A stretch of 60,344 nucleotides of DNA from Octopus bimaculoides (lineage: Eukaryota). The position numbers and the translations under genes were made by a program. The notes under the pieces are model-generated. The model worked only from the letters and a program-made list of their open reading frames with translations. It did no database searches and was not told the DNA's origin. The stretch's first letter is position 1; every line of letters starts with the position of its first letter. Location of the stretch: NCBI RefSeq assembly GCF_001194135.2, contig NC_068998.1, positions 30,041,835-30,102,178 on the forward strand, read 5' to 3'. Positions 37,114 through 49,246 of this stretch are shown here, in pieces.

Positions 37114-38071
37114 TGCACATTTTGTCTTGACATGTGTTCTTTTCACTGTTTAGTCTATTTCTGTATGTTTGTTGTTTAGCCTGTGTGAGTAACCTATCAT
37201 TAAAGATGTTCCAGCTATGACTATTTAGTCTTATTATATATCTAGAATGATATTATCCAATGGGTCCATTTTGAGATGTAGGATATACTATGGAAGAAAT
37301 CTGTTTGCTAATTTTTAGCAGGTCTGTCATCCACATGGAGGCGCTTTAAATTCAATGGTGACCATGTTGAGAGCAGACAAAGTGAACACCTCTGAACACA
37401 AGGAATCCTCAGTATGTTAGCTTGACTGTTAGATATAGCAACCAAATCCTCTCAAGCTTCACTCTATTGTCTATGATTTCTGGAATGGTTCTGATGTGTG
37501 TGAATATTTGTATTTAGAATGCAGCAGCCTTTAACTTTGCTCTTTAAATGCCCAAGCGTTATAATCATTCTAGTGGTATAAAACATACTCTTTTTCTCTT
37601 TACCAACTGCACCACCTACAAAGACAAAGCAATAAGGGGTCCTCAGTTACTTAACATGCTAGAAATAGTTATCAAATTCCTTAAAATCACATTCTATGAC
37701 AGAATTTGAAGAGATTTACCTGCTAGATTTTGCATGTTAAGGACTGTGTTGTCCTTATTTACCCTCAGTCAACCCTGATTGAGTAGACTTATGATCAAAA
37801 GTGTTCAGGGTGTGGCCACCTGTTATTATTGATGCATACTTTGGGTGGCCAGAAGTAATCAAAGTTAAAAATGTTAATACTTTAGTAATCCATGACTACT
37901 AAAGTTGATGACAGTTGTGGTAATGATGCTAGATGTTAATAATAATTCATTACATGTTCTGTCTACGGTAGTTTACAATTTCAAGATAAGTTTTGCAATA
38001 ATTTGATATATCTAACCAGTTTTTCTTTCCATGAACTTTCTACCCCACTTTACAATTTTCTTTATCTGTAG

Positions 38072-38193
38072 GTAAGTTACGCATGGCTGGTGCTTTGGAG
38101 AAGAGTGTTGATGTGATGAAAGCAATGCATTCTTTGATTAAAATTCCTGAGATTAATTCTACTATGATGGAGATGTCTAAAGAAATGATGAAG
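38072..38193 (+). CDS. CHMP3: CHMP3 internal exon (122 nt, phase 1-0)
   Basis: tctgtag|GT AAG TTA...ATG AAG|gttagc; GKLRMAGALEKSVDVMKAMHSLIKIPEINSTMMEMSKEMMK vs human AVLRVAGSLQKSTEVMKAMQSLVKIPEIQATMRELSKEMMK. Confidence 0.96.
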
Positions 38194-39657
38194 GTTAGCT
38201 TGCTTGATTATTATATACCACTGCCACCATCATTTTATATTAGCAGTGACACTCATGTACTATCTGTAAATTACACTTAGTCATTAGGCTGCCTACTTGC
38301 ATGTCATCACTGTGCTCAGTTTGAGCTGACTTGTAGATATACAATGGCAATAATATAGTCACTGCCTCATGCCATTATTCTTTGCATATGTAATTGTTAT
38401 GACATCCCAATTTCTTCACCTGACATAGTTTCAACCTGGATCAAACACTCAGAAACTTCAACATCCACATCTCATTAGGGGACAGAATTAGATAAAAAAA
38501 AGTAAACAAACATAAGTTTGCTCAAGACTAAGAACAACAATTGTTATACATATATGTTATACAAAAATTGCATTAACTCCATCATGAATTTTTTTTGCTA
38601 GTTCTGCCTAGGTCCATAATCTTACCACATATAGCTACAAGAATACAAAATGATGCACTTTACATGATCAAAGGCTGCAAAATAGATCTCACCCATCAGC
38701 TATTTATACTGTAAAACATAGACACTCAAAAGGGAAGAACCTACCTGGATATGCATGAGCACAGCTTTTACTGCAGTAAATTACATCCTGCTACTACATG
38801 GTCAGTCTTCTGCTAAACACCAAGCGTAATTATAAAACTTCAAAACACTATCTTTCCCATTCAGCCAAGAAAATTATTAAAAAATCATATGCACTCAAAA
38901 ATAGCATTAGCATCAATAACATTCACCCCAAGCTCTCTACTGGGATGCACACTACTATAGACAAATACTGAGGAACTGGAACTATCACATTTTGACTAAG
39001 ACCTTTCTTTTAACTCTGTGGCCATCAACAAGCACACAAAACTAAACAACATGATATGCTTTGAATTTTACACTTCATCCATACTATAACCTATTACAAA
39101 ATCAGATGAAGTGTTGGAACTCTAGATCATACCTATTAACCTGATGTAAGTCAGCTCTATCAGGTTTGATCTACAACAACAGCAAAGCATTGAGCTCTCT
39201 TGAGGCATTTATATTTCAGTATATAGAAGTAGCTTTGCACAAAAGAATCTATACTATTGCATAATAGTATGCATGACGGTATTAACTGATATGTGGGTAT
39301 TAACTGAAAAGCCACTATTTCATAAAGTGTTTAGTAATGTGACTAGGAAAATAGCACACTTCTGATAATAACCTCTAAAGTAGAAATAAGATTCTAATTA
39401 TACCAAGTCCATATGTCATATGACCACTGTTTAGAAATAGCAACTCAACTGTAGAATTTACCTGCTTTCAATTATTAAATATGTTCTTGCAATCATGTTT
39501 GCAGTTTATATTTTGTTTTTCCAGTATGAAAATTATAATTTTTGTCTATCATTGTTAGTACAGGTGTTTTTACAACTGTCAGAGAAGCAAATTAAAAACT
39601 AATACATACTGCTCTTAGGTGGAACATTATGACTCTGTTATTGTTATCATTTTACAG

Positions 39658-39772
39658 GCAGGAATTATTGAAGAAATGTTGGAAGATACATTTGAAGGGC
39701 TGGAAGATGCTGAAGAACTTGAAGATGAATCTCAGAAAGAAGTTGATAAAGTTCTTTATGAATTAACTGCAG
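39658..39772 (+). CDS. CHMP3: CHMP3 internal exon (115 nt, phase 0-1)
   Basis: tttacag|GCA GGA ATT...ACT GCA G|gtaaag; AGIIEEMLEDTFEGLEDAEELEDESQKEVDKVLYELTA. Confidence 0.96.
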
Positions 39773-40249
39773 GTAAAGTGAAAAAAATGTTACAGTGACT
39801 TTTTCAGCAAATAGTGATGGATGCAGACAAAAACAACTTGTTTTAAATCTCTGAGCAAGAGATATACAGTAACAGTACCAAATAGTAAAGTTTATATGCC
39901 AACAGAATGTGGCAGTCCTATAAAGGATGATGTTATTGTTATTTTAGCTCCAGGAAAACATCTTTTCCAGCTGGCTATTGACACAGTTTGTGTTTGTATA
40001 GCATTTGCAAGGGAGGTCATCGCTCCCATCTCTAGCTTTACGTGATACTCACAGACATAGGTTTCTGGGTGGTTACCCATCCTCAGTATGAGACAACCAT
40101 AGGCTAGTGACGAAAGCTCTCTCTGCTCACATGGATACATTCTGTAGAAAACTTATTTCCCAGGTAGAAAAACATAAGGCAGAAGAGAGTAGCTGATTAA
40201 ATACTTGTGACTCTTTCAAAAGTTCATCACATCAGTTATTAATTTATTC

Positions 40250-40610
40250 ATTTCATTTACTTGTTTCAGTCATTTGACTGCAACCATGCTGGAGCACCAC
40301 CTTAAGTTGAACAAATCGACCCCAGGACTTATTCTTTGTAAGCCTAGTACTTATTCTGTCAATCCTTTTGCCGAACTGCTAAGTTACAGGGATGTAAACA
40401 CACCAACATCAGTTGTCAAGTGATGGTGGGGGACAAGCACAGACACACACACACACACGAATTATCGTCGTCGTTTAACATCCGCTTTCCATGCTGGCAT
40501 GGGTTGGACGGTTTGACTGAGGGCTGGCAAGTCAGAAGGCTGCACCAGGCTCCAATCTGATCTGGCAGAGTTTCTACAGCTGGATGCCCTTCCTAATGCC
40601 AAATATGTAC

Positions 40611-40654
<44 letters not shown>

Positions 40655-40815
40655 GACAGGCTTCTTTCAGTTTCTGTCTACCAAATCCACTCACAAGGCT
40701 TTGGTCAGCCCGAGGCTAACGTAAAAGACACTTGCTTAAGGTGCCACACAGTGGAACTGAACCCAGAACCATGTGGTTTGGAAGCAAGCTTCTTGCCACA
40801 CAGTCATACTGCACC
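40250..40815 (-). mobile_element. Composite SINE with a nested RTE 3'-UTR copy (~40460-40603) in its central microsatellite
   Basis: 3' module 40250-40445, (CA)n, nested 'tcgtttaacatccgctttccatgctggc...ccttcctaatgcca', (TA)n, head 40655-40815. Confidence 0.8.
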
Positions 40816-41247
40816 TATTGTAACTGTTTAAAAAAGTAATTATGTTTGTGATTTGTCCCTATCAGTTTTTAGATGAATTTGTTATTGAGAGTAAAATTGT
40901 TTATTCTGTTAACTTCATATTTTCTGATTGGAATCCTTTAGAAAATAAATGTTTGTAAAGGTTAATTGCAGCCCATCTACACATATGGCATTTGATGAAT
41001 ACTAAATTATTTGAAATGTGTTTTTAAAAGAGTATAGAAAAGTTGTTTCAACAGTTTGAAAATATTTCTATTGGATTTAATATTTCATAAACTCTCCAAA
41101 ACCAATTAGGCCAGTACTTAAACCTATATACAGACAGCATGTTGCCTGATTGCAATATACCATTGAGTTCTAGCTGTGCTTCTAACACTGCTTAATTCTC
41201 TAATTAACTCTCTAACTCCAACTTTTCTAGTTATCTAAGAAATTTAG

Positions 41248-41278
<31 letters not shown>

Positions 41279-41370
41279 TATGAGAGACTATTATTCACAC
41301 TATTTTGTTCCTTCTTCCAGTCTATTTTTATGTACATGCTCCACTTTTGATTTGTGTCTCTTTGTTTCAG

Positions 41371-41528
41371 GTGAACTGGGCAAAATGCCTTCTGCTGTCA
41401 AAGATTCTTTGCCATTAACTGATGTTGCTGGTGCCACAGCAGCTACAGCATCAAGTGCGTTGGAAGAAGAAGAAAATGATGAAGAGGAAGATGAGATGCG
41501 AGCTCGGTTAGAAGCTCTTCGCAGCTAG
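41371..41528 (+). CDS. CHMP3: CHMP3 terminal coding exon (158 nt including TAG), acidic tail and MIM1
   Basis: gtttcag|GT GAA CTG...CGC AGC TAG; GELGKMPSAVKDSLP...EEEENDEEEDEMRARLEALRS* vs human ...EAMQSRLATLRS*. Confidence 0.96.
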
Positions 41529-42978
41529 GCAGACATTGCAAATGCTCTTGTCCTCAACTACACAGTTTCAAGTGTGTCTATGTGTTCAATAAGAACACAA
41601 AGTTGAAGAAAAGAAAAAGAATAACAAAACTGTCATGTGGTAATTTAACCCACATTCCTTGATTATTGCCTAAGTGCATTCACTTATACTCTTTTTCTAC
41701 CTTTCTTTTACTCTGTTGCTCTTTCCATCTTTTTGTCCTTTTCATTTCTCTTTCTCCTCATTCTTTCTAACTCTTTCAATCACTTTCCATTTCCTTTCCT
41801 CAATATTTATGACTGTTGGGTTCTTTTTTTATTGTCCACCATTATTTATCTATCCATCTTCACTTTTTTTGCATACAATATTCCTAATCTATCTGACAAA
41901 TCTAAAATTACAATCACTGCTCTGGACTTCATACAACAGCAATAGTATCACTAAGAAAATATTTGGTTATGGTTATAGCAGAGTGTGCATGTGTATAGAT
42001 GAAATGATATTTTATTATCCAGCCTGGCTTGCTTTCTTATATAAACTCTGAAACAGCGTGAAGATTCTACCTAGAGGTTACCTCATCTACATATGATATA
42101 AATACATATCCAGTGACACAAACATCTATACACCTTGGTAGCTGTACATATATTTTCTGTCACACATACACATTTATCCAGTATCTATTGAAAATGTTAG
42201 GTATTGAACTGAAAATTTAGAATTTCTGATTTAAAATCAGCTGCAGATGTTATGTATTATTACTTTTTGTTTCCAGGAAGGATACTTAATTCTACATTAC
42301 CTCAGTTGACATAATTTAGGGAAAATATACCAATTTTTTTCTAGAAAAACCATCAGAGATATGTTGGCTTGCTATCCAGAGTGTGGTTATTTTATTATCA
42401 AGTGTAAGAACTCTTAACAAAGAAGAGTTAAATACTGAAGCTATGGATTTTTATCTTTTGTGAAAGGATTAGCATTTTAATTATTTTGGTCCACTCTGTT
42501 TAAAATTTATTTCACACAACTATTTGATATGATGCATTTTGTTTAAACTTTTGTAAGAAAAGTAGCTATAATTGAGTGACTTGGCCTTAGCATGTCACCA
42601 ATACATGATACACACACTCTTATTATGCACACACATATATAGCTCTTTGTAGGTGCTTGACTGTTAAAACAGCAGCCAAATCTTTCTGAATTCACATATT
42701 ATTGTAATAAAATAATGTGTACATTGGATAATGTTTTTATAGAAAATTATGTATATAATATAAAAATGGGAATGACTGATCATTGGTCTGATCAGTTAAG
42801 ACTAAACAACAATAGCACATATAACCAACTCAAACTGCTTTTTAAAGTAATACTCATGTGGAGCTGCTCACTTAATTGCTACTTTTCATGAACAGCCTCC
42901 AATTGTATTGTCTTTTACTTCCACACTCACTTTACCTTTAGACTTTGGAATCCTTCCTTTATCCCATTATCACCAAAG

Positions 42979-42980
<2 letters not shown>

Positions 42981-43011
<31 letters not shown>

Positions 43012-43030
43012 CTATCAATCAATCTATTTC
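42981..43030. repeat. (CT)n-(CTAT)n compound microsatellite
   Basis: tctctctctctctatctatctatctatctatctatcaatcaatctat. Confidence 0.9.
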
Positions 43031-43809
43031 TCAAGATACAAAAACATATAACTCCTACTGGGCTATTGTTCTTGCATTGAACATAGTTGAGGTACAGGAC
43101 ACTATAATAAATCATCTACTATATCATCTTGGAACTTTCTCAGTTTAGCAATCACTAGTATATCTTCCAGAACCAGAACCCTTGGAGACCTATTCCCTAG
43201 TATTACATAGAGTGCATGTTTCTTTGTTTAGACCTTGCGCTAAGCACTTTTCCATATTTATGGAAACTTTTTCCATTCATATACTTAACAAATCAACACA
43301 AAATATATTAATAGACACACATGCACACATCTATTTTCTTACTGTTTTGCATTCAGTTTTCTTTGTTATCATTTGTAGGAATATTTCTCAGAATGTTTAT
43401 ATTTACATTTGAATCATTGGAGTATGTGCCTTCACAGCTGAATGTTTGCTTTTCTCCTACTAGCAAGTGACATCTAATATTTGGCTATGTGAGATTGAGG
43501 TGAGACAGAATAATGTCTTGCTTGTCAGAGATACAGTATAGTAGCTGTACCAAGCTTTGAACTCGTAACCTAGTTTAACTTTGTGTGTGTGGTTATTGGG
43601 TGGATGTGTGTTTACATCTATATATAAAGCATTGAAAACAGGGTATTCTGGTTTACTTTTACTACATATAGTCCAAGCAATAAAATCTGTCAGACCTTTT
43701 AATTGCAATTGTGCCTTGTTAATTTTTTCTTCTGTCAGAATATAAACAAAATATTACTGGTGAAAAGTGTCAATCTTCTTAACCAAACCAGTACTTCTCT
43801 AGAACTGTG

Positions 43810-44915
43810 ACTCCCTGGAATTTTCTCTATGCCCACATTTTCGTTGCAGATATTGACTTACAAAAGTTCAAGCTGAACATTAATTGCATTGATTTCACCA
43901 GGCACTACTTTTTGATTAATGTATTTAATAAAAATTCAATGTCAGTGCATACATACACACATGAGTATATATTGTATAAAACACAGGTTTATGAGTGGTT
44001 TTCACACTTTAGGAATGGTCACTTGTCGCTTGAAAACCAACCTCCTTCAAGACAACCATTGACCTCCCGAATGAATGAAATCATCATGAAAATTCGTGAA
44101 CTGATCTAAGGAATTTTGATGAACTTGTTGATATGACTGGTGTATTCTGGAGCTCCTGACAACAAAATTTGAATGAGGAATTGCAAACAAAAAGAGTTGC
44201 AGCAAAATTTGTGCCTCGCTTACTCACAGAAGATCAAAAGCAATTACAACTGAATGCTTGTCCTGAACTTAAAGAACAGTTGGAAGTTGACCCAAACCTT
44301 TTTTCGAAGGTTGTCACAGGTGACAAAAACTGGTGCTGTGGTTACGACCTGGAAATGAAGCAGCAGTCAAGTCAGTGGAAGCATTCAATATCACCACGCC
44401 CCCCACAAAAGTGCATCAAGTGAAGTCCAATGTCAAGACGATGCTGATTTGTTTCATTGATGCAAAAGGGATTGTCCTCCTAGTCAAATTGTAAGCAGGC
44501 ATTTTACTTGGCATTTCTGAAGCATTTGTGAGACACAGTGAGACAAAAACGCCCCAACTAGTGGCAACAAGGCACCTTTGCACATCGCCTTGAGTGTGAG
44601 ATAGTTTTTGTCCAAAAATGGCATGGCTCCATTTACCCACCCACCCTGCAACTTTTTTTGTTTCCCTGAATGAAAAAAATCCTTAAAGGGAAATGTTTTG
44701 CAGATGTGGAAGAGGTGAAGATAAAAAACAATGGCGGCGTTAAAAGGCATCACTTTGCAAGAGTTCCAGGACTGCTTTGAACAGTGGAAAATGCGTCTGA
44801 ACCAATGCATTACTTCAAATGGAGAATACTTTGAATGCGATAAAAGTGTAAACATGTAAAACTAAGTGAATAAAATAATATTACAAAATTCCAGGATTAT
44901 TCTTTGACAGATCTC
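43810..44915 (+). mobile_element. Decayed mariner transposon
   Basis: QVYEWFSHFRNG, AAKFVPRLLTEDQK, FSKVVTGDKNWCCGYDLEMKQQSSQW, FFFPE*KKSLKGKCF. Confidence 0.85.
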
Positions 44916-45589
44916 ATTGAACAGTATCTTGCTACATCATGTCTCATTGGTATATAATAACATGCTGACATTTTTTAACAACACTTATGATGTGGGGGAT
45001 ATCTTTGATGTTAACTCCACAAAGACTTCATCAGTTATCACATTTTTTTTTTCTACATTTCTGTTCCTGAATTGCAAACATATACCCTTCAAAGTGAGAG
45101 TTAGTAATTTGGTTTTCGGTCCATGATAGACTGCTTGGTACTGTCATCCTGGAGCTTTCTGCTAACATATCCATGCATGATCTTCTGCTAATATACACTC
45201 ATCCTTTCATTTGATGATGTATTGCAGTAGAGTCATGCTACATTTTTGGGCACGTATTCAAGGAATGTTACATGAGGAGCTGCTTTCCAAGTTTCATGAT
45301 ATTATCTACCTCATGTATGCAAGCTTGGTCAAGGGATGCACTTCAACACTTGGTGATTAAAGAGTATTGCTGAAGGGATATGATGTGACTTCTGGATCAA
45401 TCTTAAGCCTCTGCTTCCTTGTTTTCGCGTTAAGTAAATGCTTAAGATTGATTTGGCTCAGATCTTATCAAGTGTCCAAATGTTGGTATGAGTACTAGTA
45501 CTGCAAACACATTGTTTTATTGAATGCAAAGGGTTCCAAGGTCCATAATTTCCTTATCTAGTTGTGACATGTGCTTTGTTACAGATACA

Positions 45590-47440
45590 TCATCATCATC
45601 GTTTAATGTCCACTTTCCATGCTGGCAAGGTTTGGGCAGTTTGACTGAGGACTGGCAAGCAAGAAGGCTGTATCAGTTTCCAATTTGATCTGGCAAGGTT
45701 TCTACAGCTGGAAGCCCTTCCTAATGCCAACCACTCCAGGAGTGTAGTGGGAGCTTTTTACGTGCCACCGGCATGAGGGCCAATCAGGCAGTACTGGCAA
45801 CGACCACAACAATTACTTCACTTGACTCAACAGTTCTTTGTAAGCACAGTTTATTGCCCAATGATTGAAGGGCACTCTTAGATGAGCCAGTTATGCTGCA
45901 CTAGCATAGGTCACAGTTACGATCTCACTTGGCTTGATGGGTCTTCTCAAGCACAGCATATCTCCAAAGGTCTCGGTCACTCGTCATCACCTCTGTGAGG
46001 CCCAAAGTTCGAAGGTCGTGCTTCACCACCTCATCCCAGGTCTTCCTGGGTTTACCTCTTCTACATACTGCTAGGATGTTACACTTTATCACACAGCTGT
46101 CCTCATCCATATGCAACACATGACCGTACCAGCACAGTCATCTCTCTTGCACACACCATCTGATGCTTCTTAGTCCAGCTTTTTGCTCAGAGCACTTACA
46201 CTCTATCAGGTATGCACACTGACATTACACATCTAGCAGAACATACTTCATTTCTTGGAAGCTTACACATGTCCTCAGCAGTCACAGCCCATGTCTCACT
46301 GCCATGTAGCATAGCTGTTCACACACATGCGTCATATAGTCTACATTTTACTCTGAGCGAGAGGCCTTTTGTCACCAGTAGAGGTAGGAGCTCTCTGAAT
46401 TTCCCAGGCTATTCTTACTCTAGCAGCTACACTTTCAGAGCATCCACCCTGCTACTGACTTCATCACCTAGGTAATGAAAACTATCAGCTACTTCTAGGT
46501 TTTCCCCCTGGCATTGGACCGAAGCTGTTTTCTGCACATTTTCAGTGTTTATTGCCCCTGAGCCTTCCTTTGATTTTACTGCACCTCTTGTGTGTCCATA
46601 GCTTACACCGAGTACATCTTATAGAGTTTCTACCTACACCTTTTCTACAGATCGAGCAGGGCCATGTACCTGAACGGATATGTGATTTGTCTGTCTTCCT
46701 ACTTATTAACACTTTGGTTTTTTGCTAGATTCACTCTAAGGCCCTTCGATTCTAGACCTTGCTTCCATACCTGAAACTTCTCTAGTTCTAATAGTGACTC
46801 AGCTATTAGAGCAAGGTCATCAGCATAGAGAAGCTCCCAGGGACATCCTGTTTGAATTCCTCTGTTATTGCCTGGAGGACTATGATGAGTAAGAGGGGGC
46901 TGAGGACTGATCCTTGGTGGACCCCTACTCCACCTGGAATTCTTCACTAATTGCCAACCCTCACCTTACTGATAGCATCCCTGTACATGGCTTGTACAGT
47001 TCTCACTCACCACTCATCTATCCCTAGTTTCCGCATTGACCACTGGATAAGGGATCAGGGACCCTGTCAAAGGCTTTCTCCATGTCGGCAAAAGCCAGGT
47101 ACAGAGGTTTATCCTTGGCTAGGTATTTCTCCTACAGCTGTCTTACCAGAAATATAGCATCAGTAGTGCTTTTCCCTGGCACAAACCCAAATGGCATCTT
47201 GTCTAAACTAACTCTCTCCCTAATTAGTTTGGCTATGACCCTCTCTCTCCCATACTGTCTTGCAACACGAAACACTTCAAGTCTTTGGTCCTCACGACGC
47301 AGAACATTGGCAAATCTGCTTCCCCTCTGGGTAAGTAAACCTGTCTCCTAGCTTCCCTTCTGGCAATCTGATACAATTTCCTGCTACCACCATTTTTCCA
47401 GTCCTCCCATGCCTGTTTCTTTTCCCTAATGGACCTCCCT
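45590..47440 (-). mobile_element. RTE LINE 3' portion with complete 3' UTR and (GAT)n tail
   Basis: CPWELLYADDLALIAES, PHD-like WPCSICRKGVGRNSIRC, GKPRKTWDEVVKHDL; continues without a break into the abundant SINE-like core. Confidence 0.9.
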
Positions 47441-47510
47441 TACTAACGGTCAATCAGACAGTAATTTCCCTTTGTTTAACGGTCATTTTCATAGCATTTT
47501 TTGTTGGCCA

Positions 47511-47571
47511 GATAACTGAAGAGATGCCGGCGTAGGTTTCCCTCCTAACACCCGAAACTCGGGGTTTTATC
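47511..47571 (+). ncRNA. Type I hammerhead motif with inner stem II hairpin, degenerate
   Basis: GATAA-CTGAAGA-GATG..TAGG-TTTCCCT-CCTA..CACCC-GAAA-CTCGGGG-TT-TTATC; perfect 5-bp stem I; GUU triplet. Confidence 0.6.
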
Positions 47572-47596
47572 ATGGTTACCGAATAATTGTCAGATA

Positions 47597-48025
47597 TTTA
47601 TATATATATGTGGATATATATATAGATATATATATGGATATGTATATATATATATGGATATGTATATATATATATATATATATCTAGATATATATATATA
47701 TATATATATCCATATATACACACATATATATNNNNNNNNNNNNNNNNNNNNNNNNNNNNNNNNNNNNNNNNNNNNNNNNNNNNNNNNNNNNNNNNNNNNN
47801 NNNNNNNNNNNNNNNNNNNNNNNNNNNNNNNNNNNNNNNNNNNNNNNNNNNNNNNNNNNNNNNNNNNNNNNNNNNNNNNNNNNNNNNNNNNNNNNNNNNN
47901 NNNNNNNNNNNNNNNNNNNNNNNNNNNNNNNNNNNNNNNNNNNNNNNNNNNNNNNNNNNNNNNNNNNNNATATATATATATATATATATATATATATGGA
48001 TATATATATATATTAATATATTTAT
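47597..48025. repeat. (TA)n-rich microsatellite with GG variants, interrupted by a gap
   Basis: Direct inspection. Confidence 0.9.
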
Positions 48026-48149
48026 TTATGGGTTTCAGCCAAGTGGCTGCGGTCATGCTAGAGCACCACCGTGATTTTCCGTCTTTATGCTGTGCTCTCT
48101 TCACGTTCCTTGCATGGCTCTTCTCCTCCACCTGATATAGTCCAATCAG

Positions 48150-49146
48150 GAGTTTTGATGGCACATCTGGTGTATAAGAGAATTTGACATCGCTGCCCTA
48201 AACTGTGTCTCATTTCAAGCCATTGATTCGTCTGGTATCGTGGAGAGGAAAGCGTCAAGTTTTGTCTTGAAGACCTCTATATCCATGTCTTGCAAGTCTC
48301 TCAAATGTTTTGACAGGGCATTAAAGAGCTAAGGTCCTCTGAAACCGAGGCCGTTGCAGTACCTCATTCTTATGTGAGATGCAGTGGTTGGCACCTTTGG
48401 TACCATGCAGTGGCGACCTGTGCGGGCATTCTTGTAGTACTTGATACCAAAGTTTGGCACCAGTCCTTCCAGTATTTTCCATATGTATATTATTACATAT
48501 CTCTCTCGCCTGCACTCCAGGGAGTAGAGACCTAGTGCCTTCAGTTCATCTGTTGGACTGTGGCGATCTTTTTTGTATAGTGATGCTGAATTGCCTCGAG
48601 TTCTGCTGTCCGCTTGACACTGTGTGGTGACCACAACTGAGAGCAATAGTCTAGGCGGCTCAGAACAAATGTCTTCCATAAAGTCAACATGACTTTTTGA
48701 TCCCTTGTTCGGAATGTCCTCAGTATCCACCCTGCCAGTTGTCTGCACTTTGCTGTCAACATGACAATGTGCATGTGAAATGATGCATCACTACACATGT
48801 TGATGCCGTGGACTCTTACTGTTTGTGGTTCTGGGATTGCAGTACCTCCAGGACCTGTGTATGCCAGTTGGGAGGCACTTGTGGCCTTGCAGTGCAGTAC
48901 TTGAAATTTGTTTGCATTGAACTGCATATTATTTTGCTCTGCCCACTTGTATATTGCATTTAGGTCATTCTGCAGGCTTATGATATCATCAGGATTCTTT
49001 ATTGCCTGAGATAGTTTTGTGTCATCAGCGTAGCTAGTGACAATGGGCATGTCCAGAAGGGCCACTATGAACAGGAGTGTCCCCAAGACAGTTCCATGCG
49101 GAACACCGCTCAATATTTGCGTTTCCCTAGATAGTTCTCCATTGGC
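48150..49146 (-). mobile_element. CR1/L2-group LINE RT 3' fragment
   Basis: SGVPHGTVLGTLLF, YADDTKL, LQNDLNAIYKWAEQNNMQFNANKFQVL, VLSRLDYCSQLWSP, YSLECRRERY. Confidence 0.88.
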
Positions 49147-49246
49147 NNNNNNNNNNNNNNNNNNNNNNNNNNNNNNNNNNNNNNNNNNNNNNNNNNNNNN
49201 NNNNNNNNNNNNNNNNNNNNNNNNNNNNNNNNNNNNNNNNNNNNNN

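Noticed and set aside
39651-39665. Tandem acceptor CAG|GCAG|
   Set aside because: A 4-nt shift would frameshift; such juxtapositions are common and there is no supporting evidence.
41361-41380. Last exon also starts with GT (CAG|GTGAAC)
   Set aside because: Poor donor match at +4 to +6 and a terminal exon with no downstream acceptor identified, so not a credible RS site.
41674-42051. Hydrophobic Phe/Leu-rich ORFs after the CHMP3 stop
   Set aside because: Translation of pyrimidine-rich probable 3' UTR; compositional artefact.
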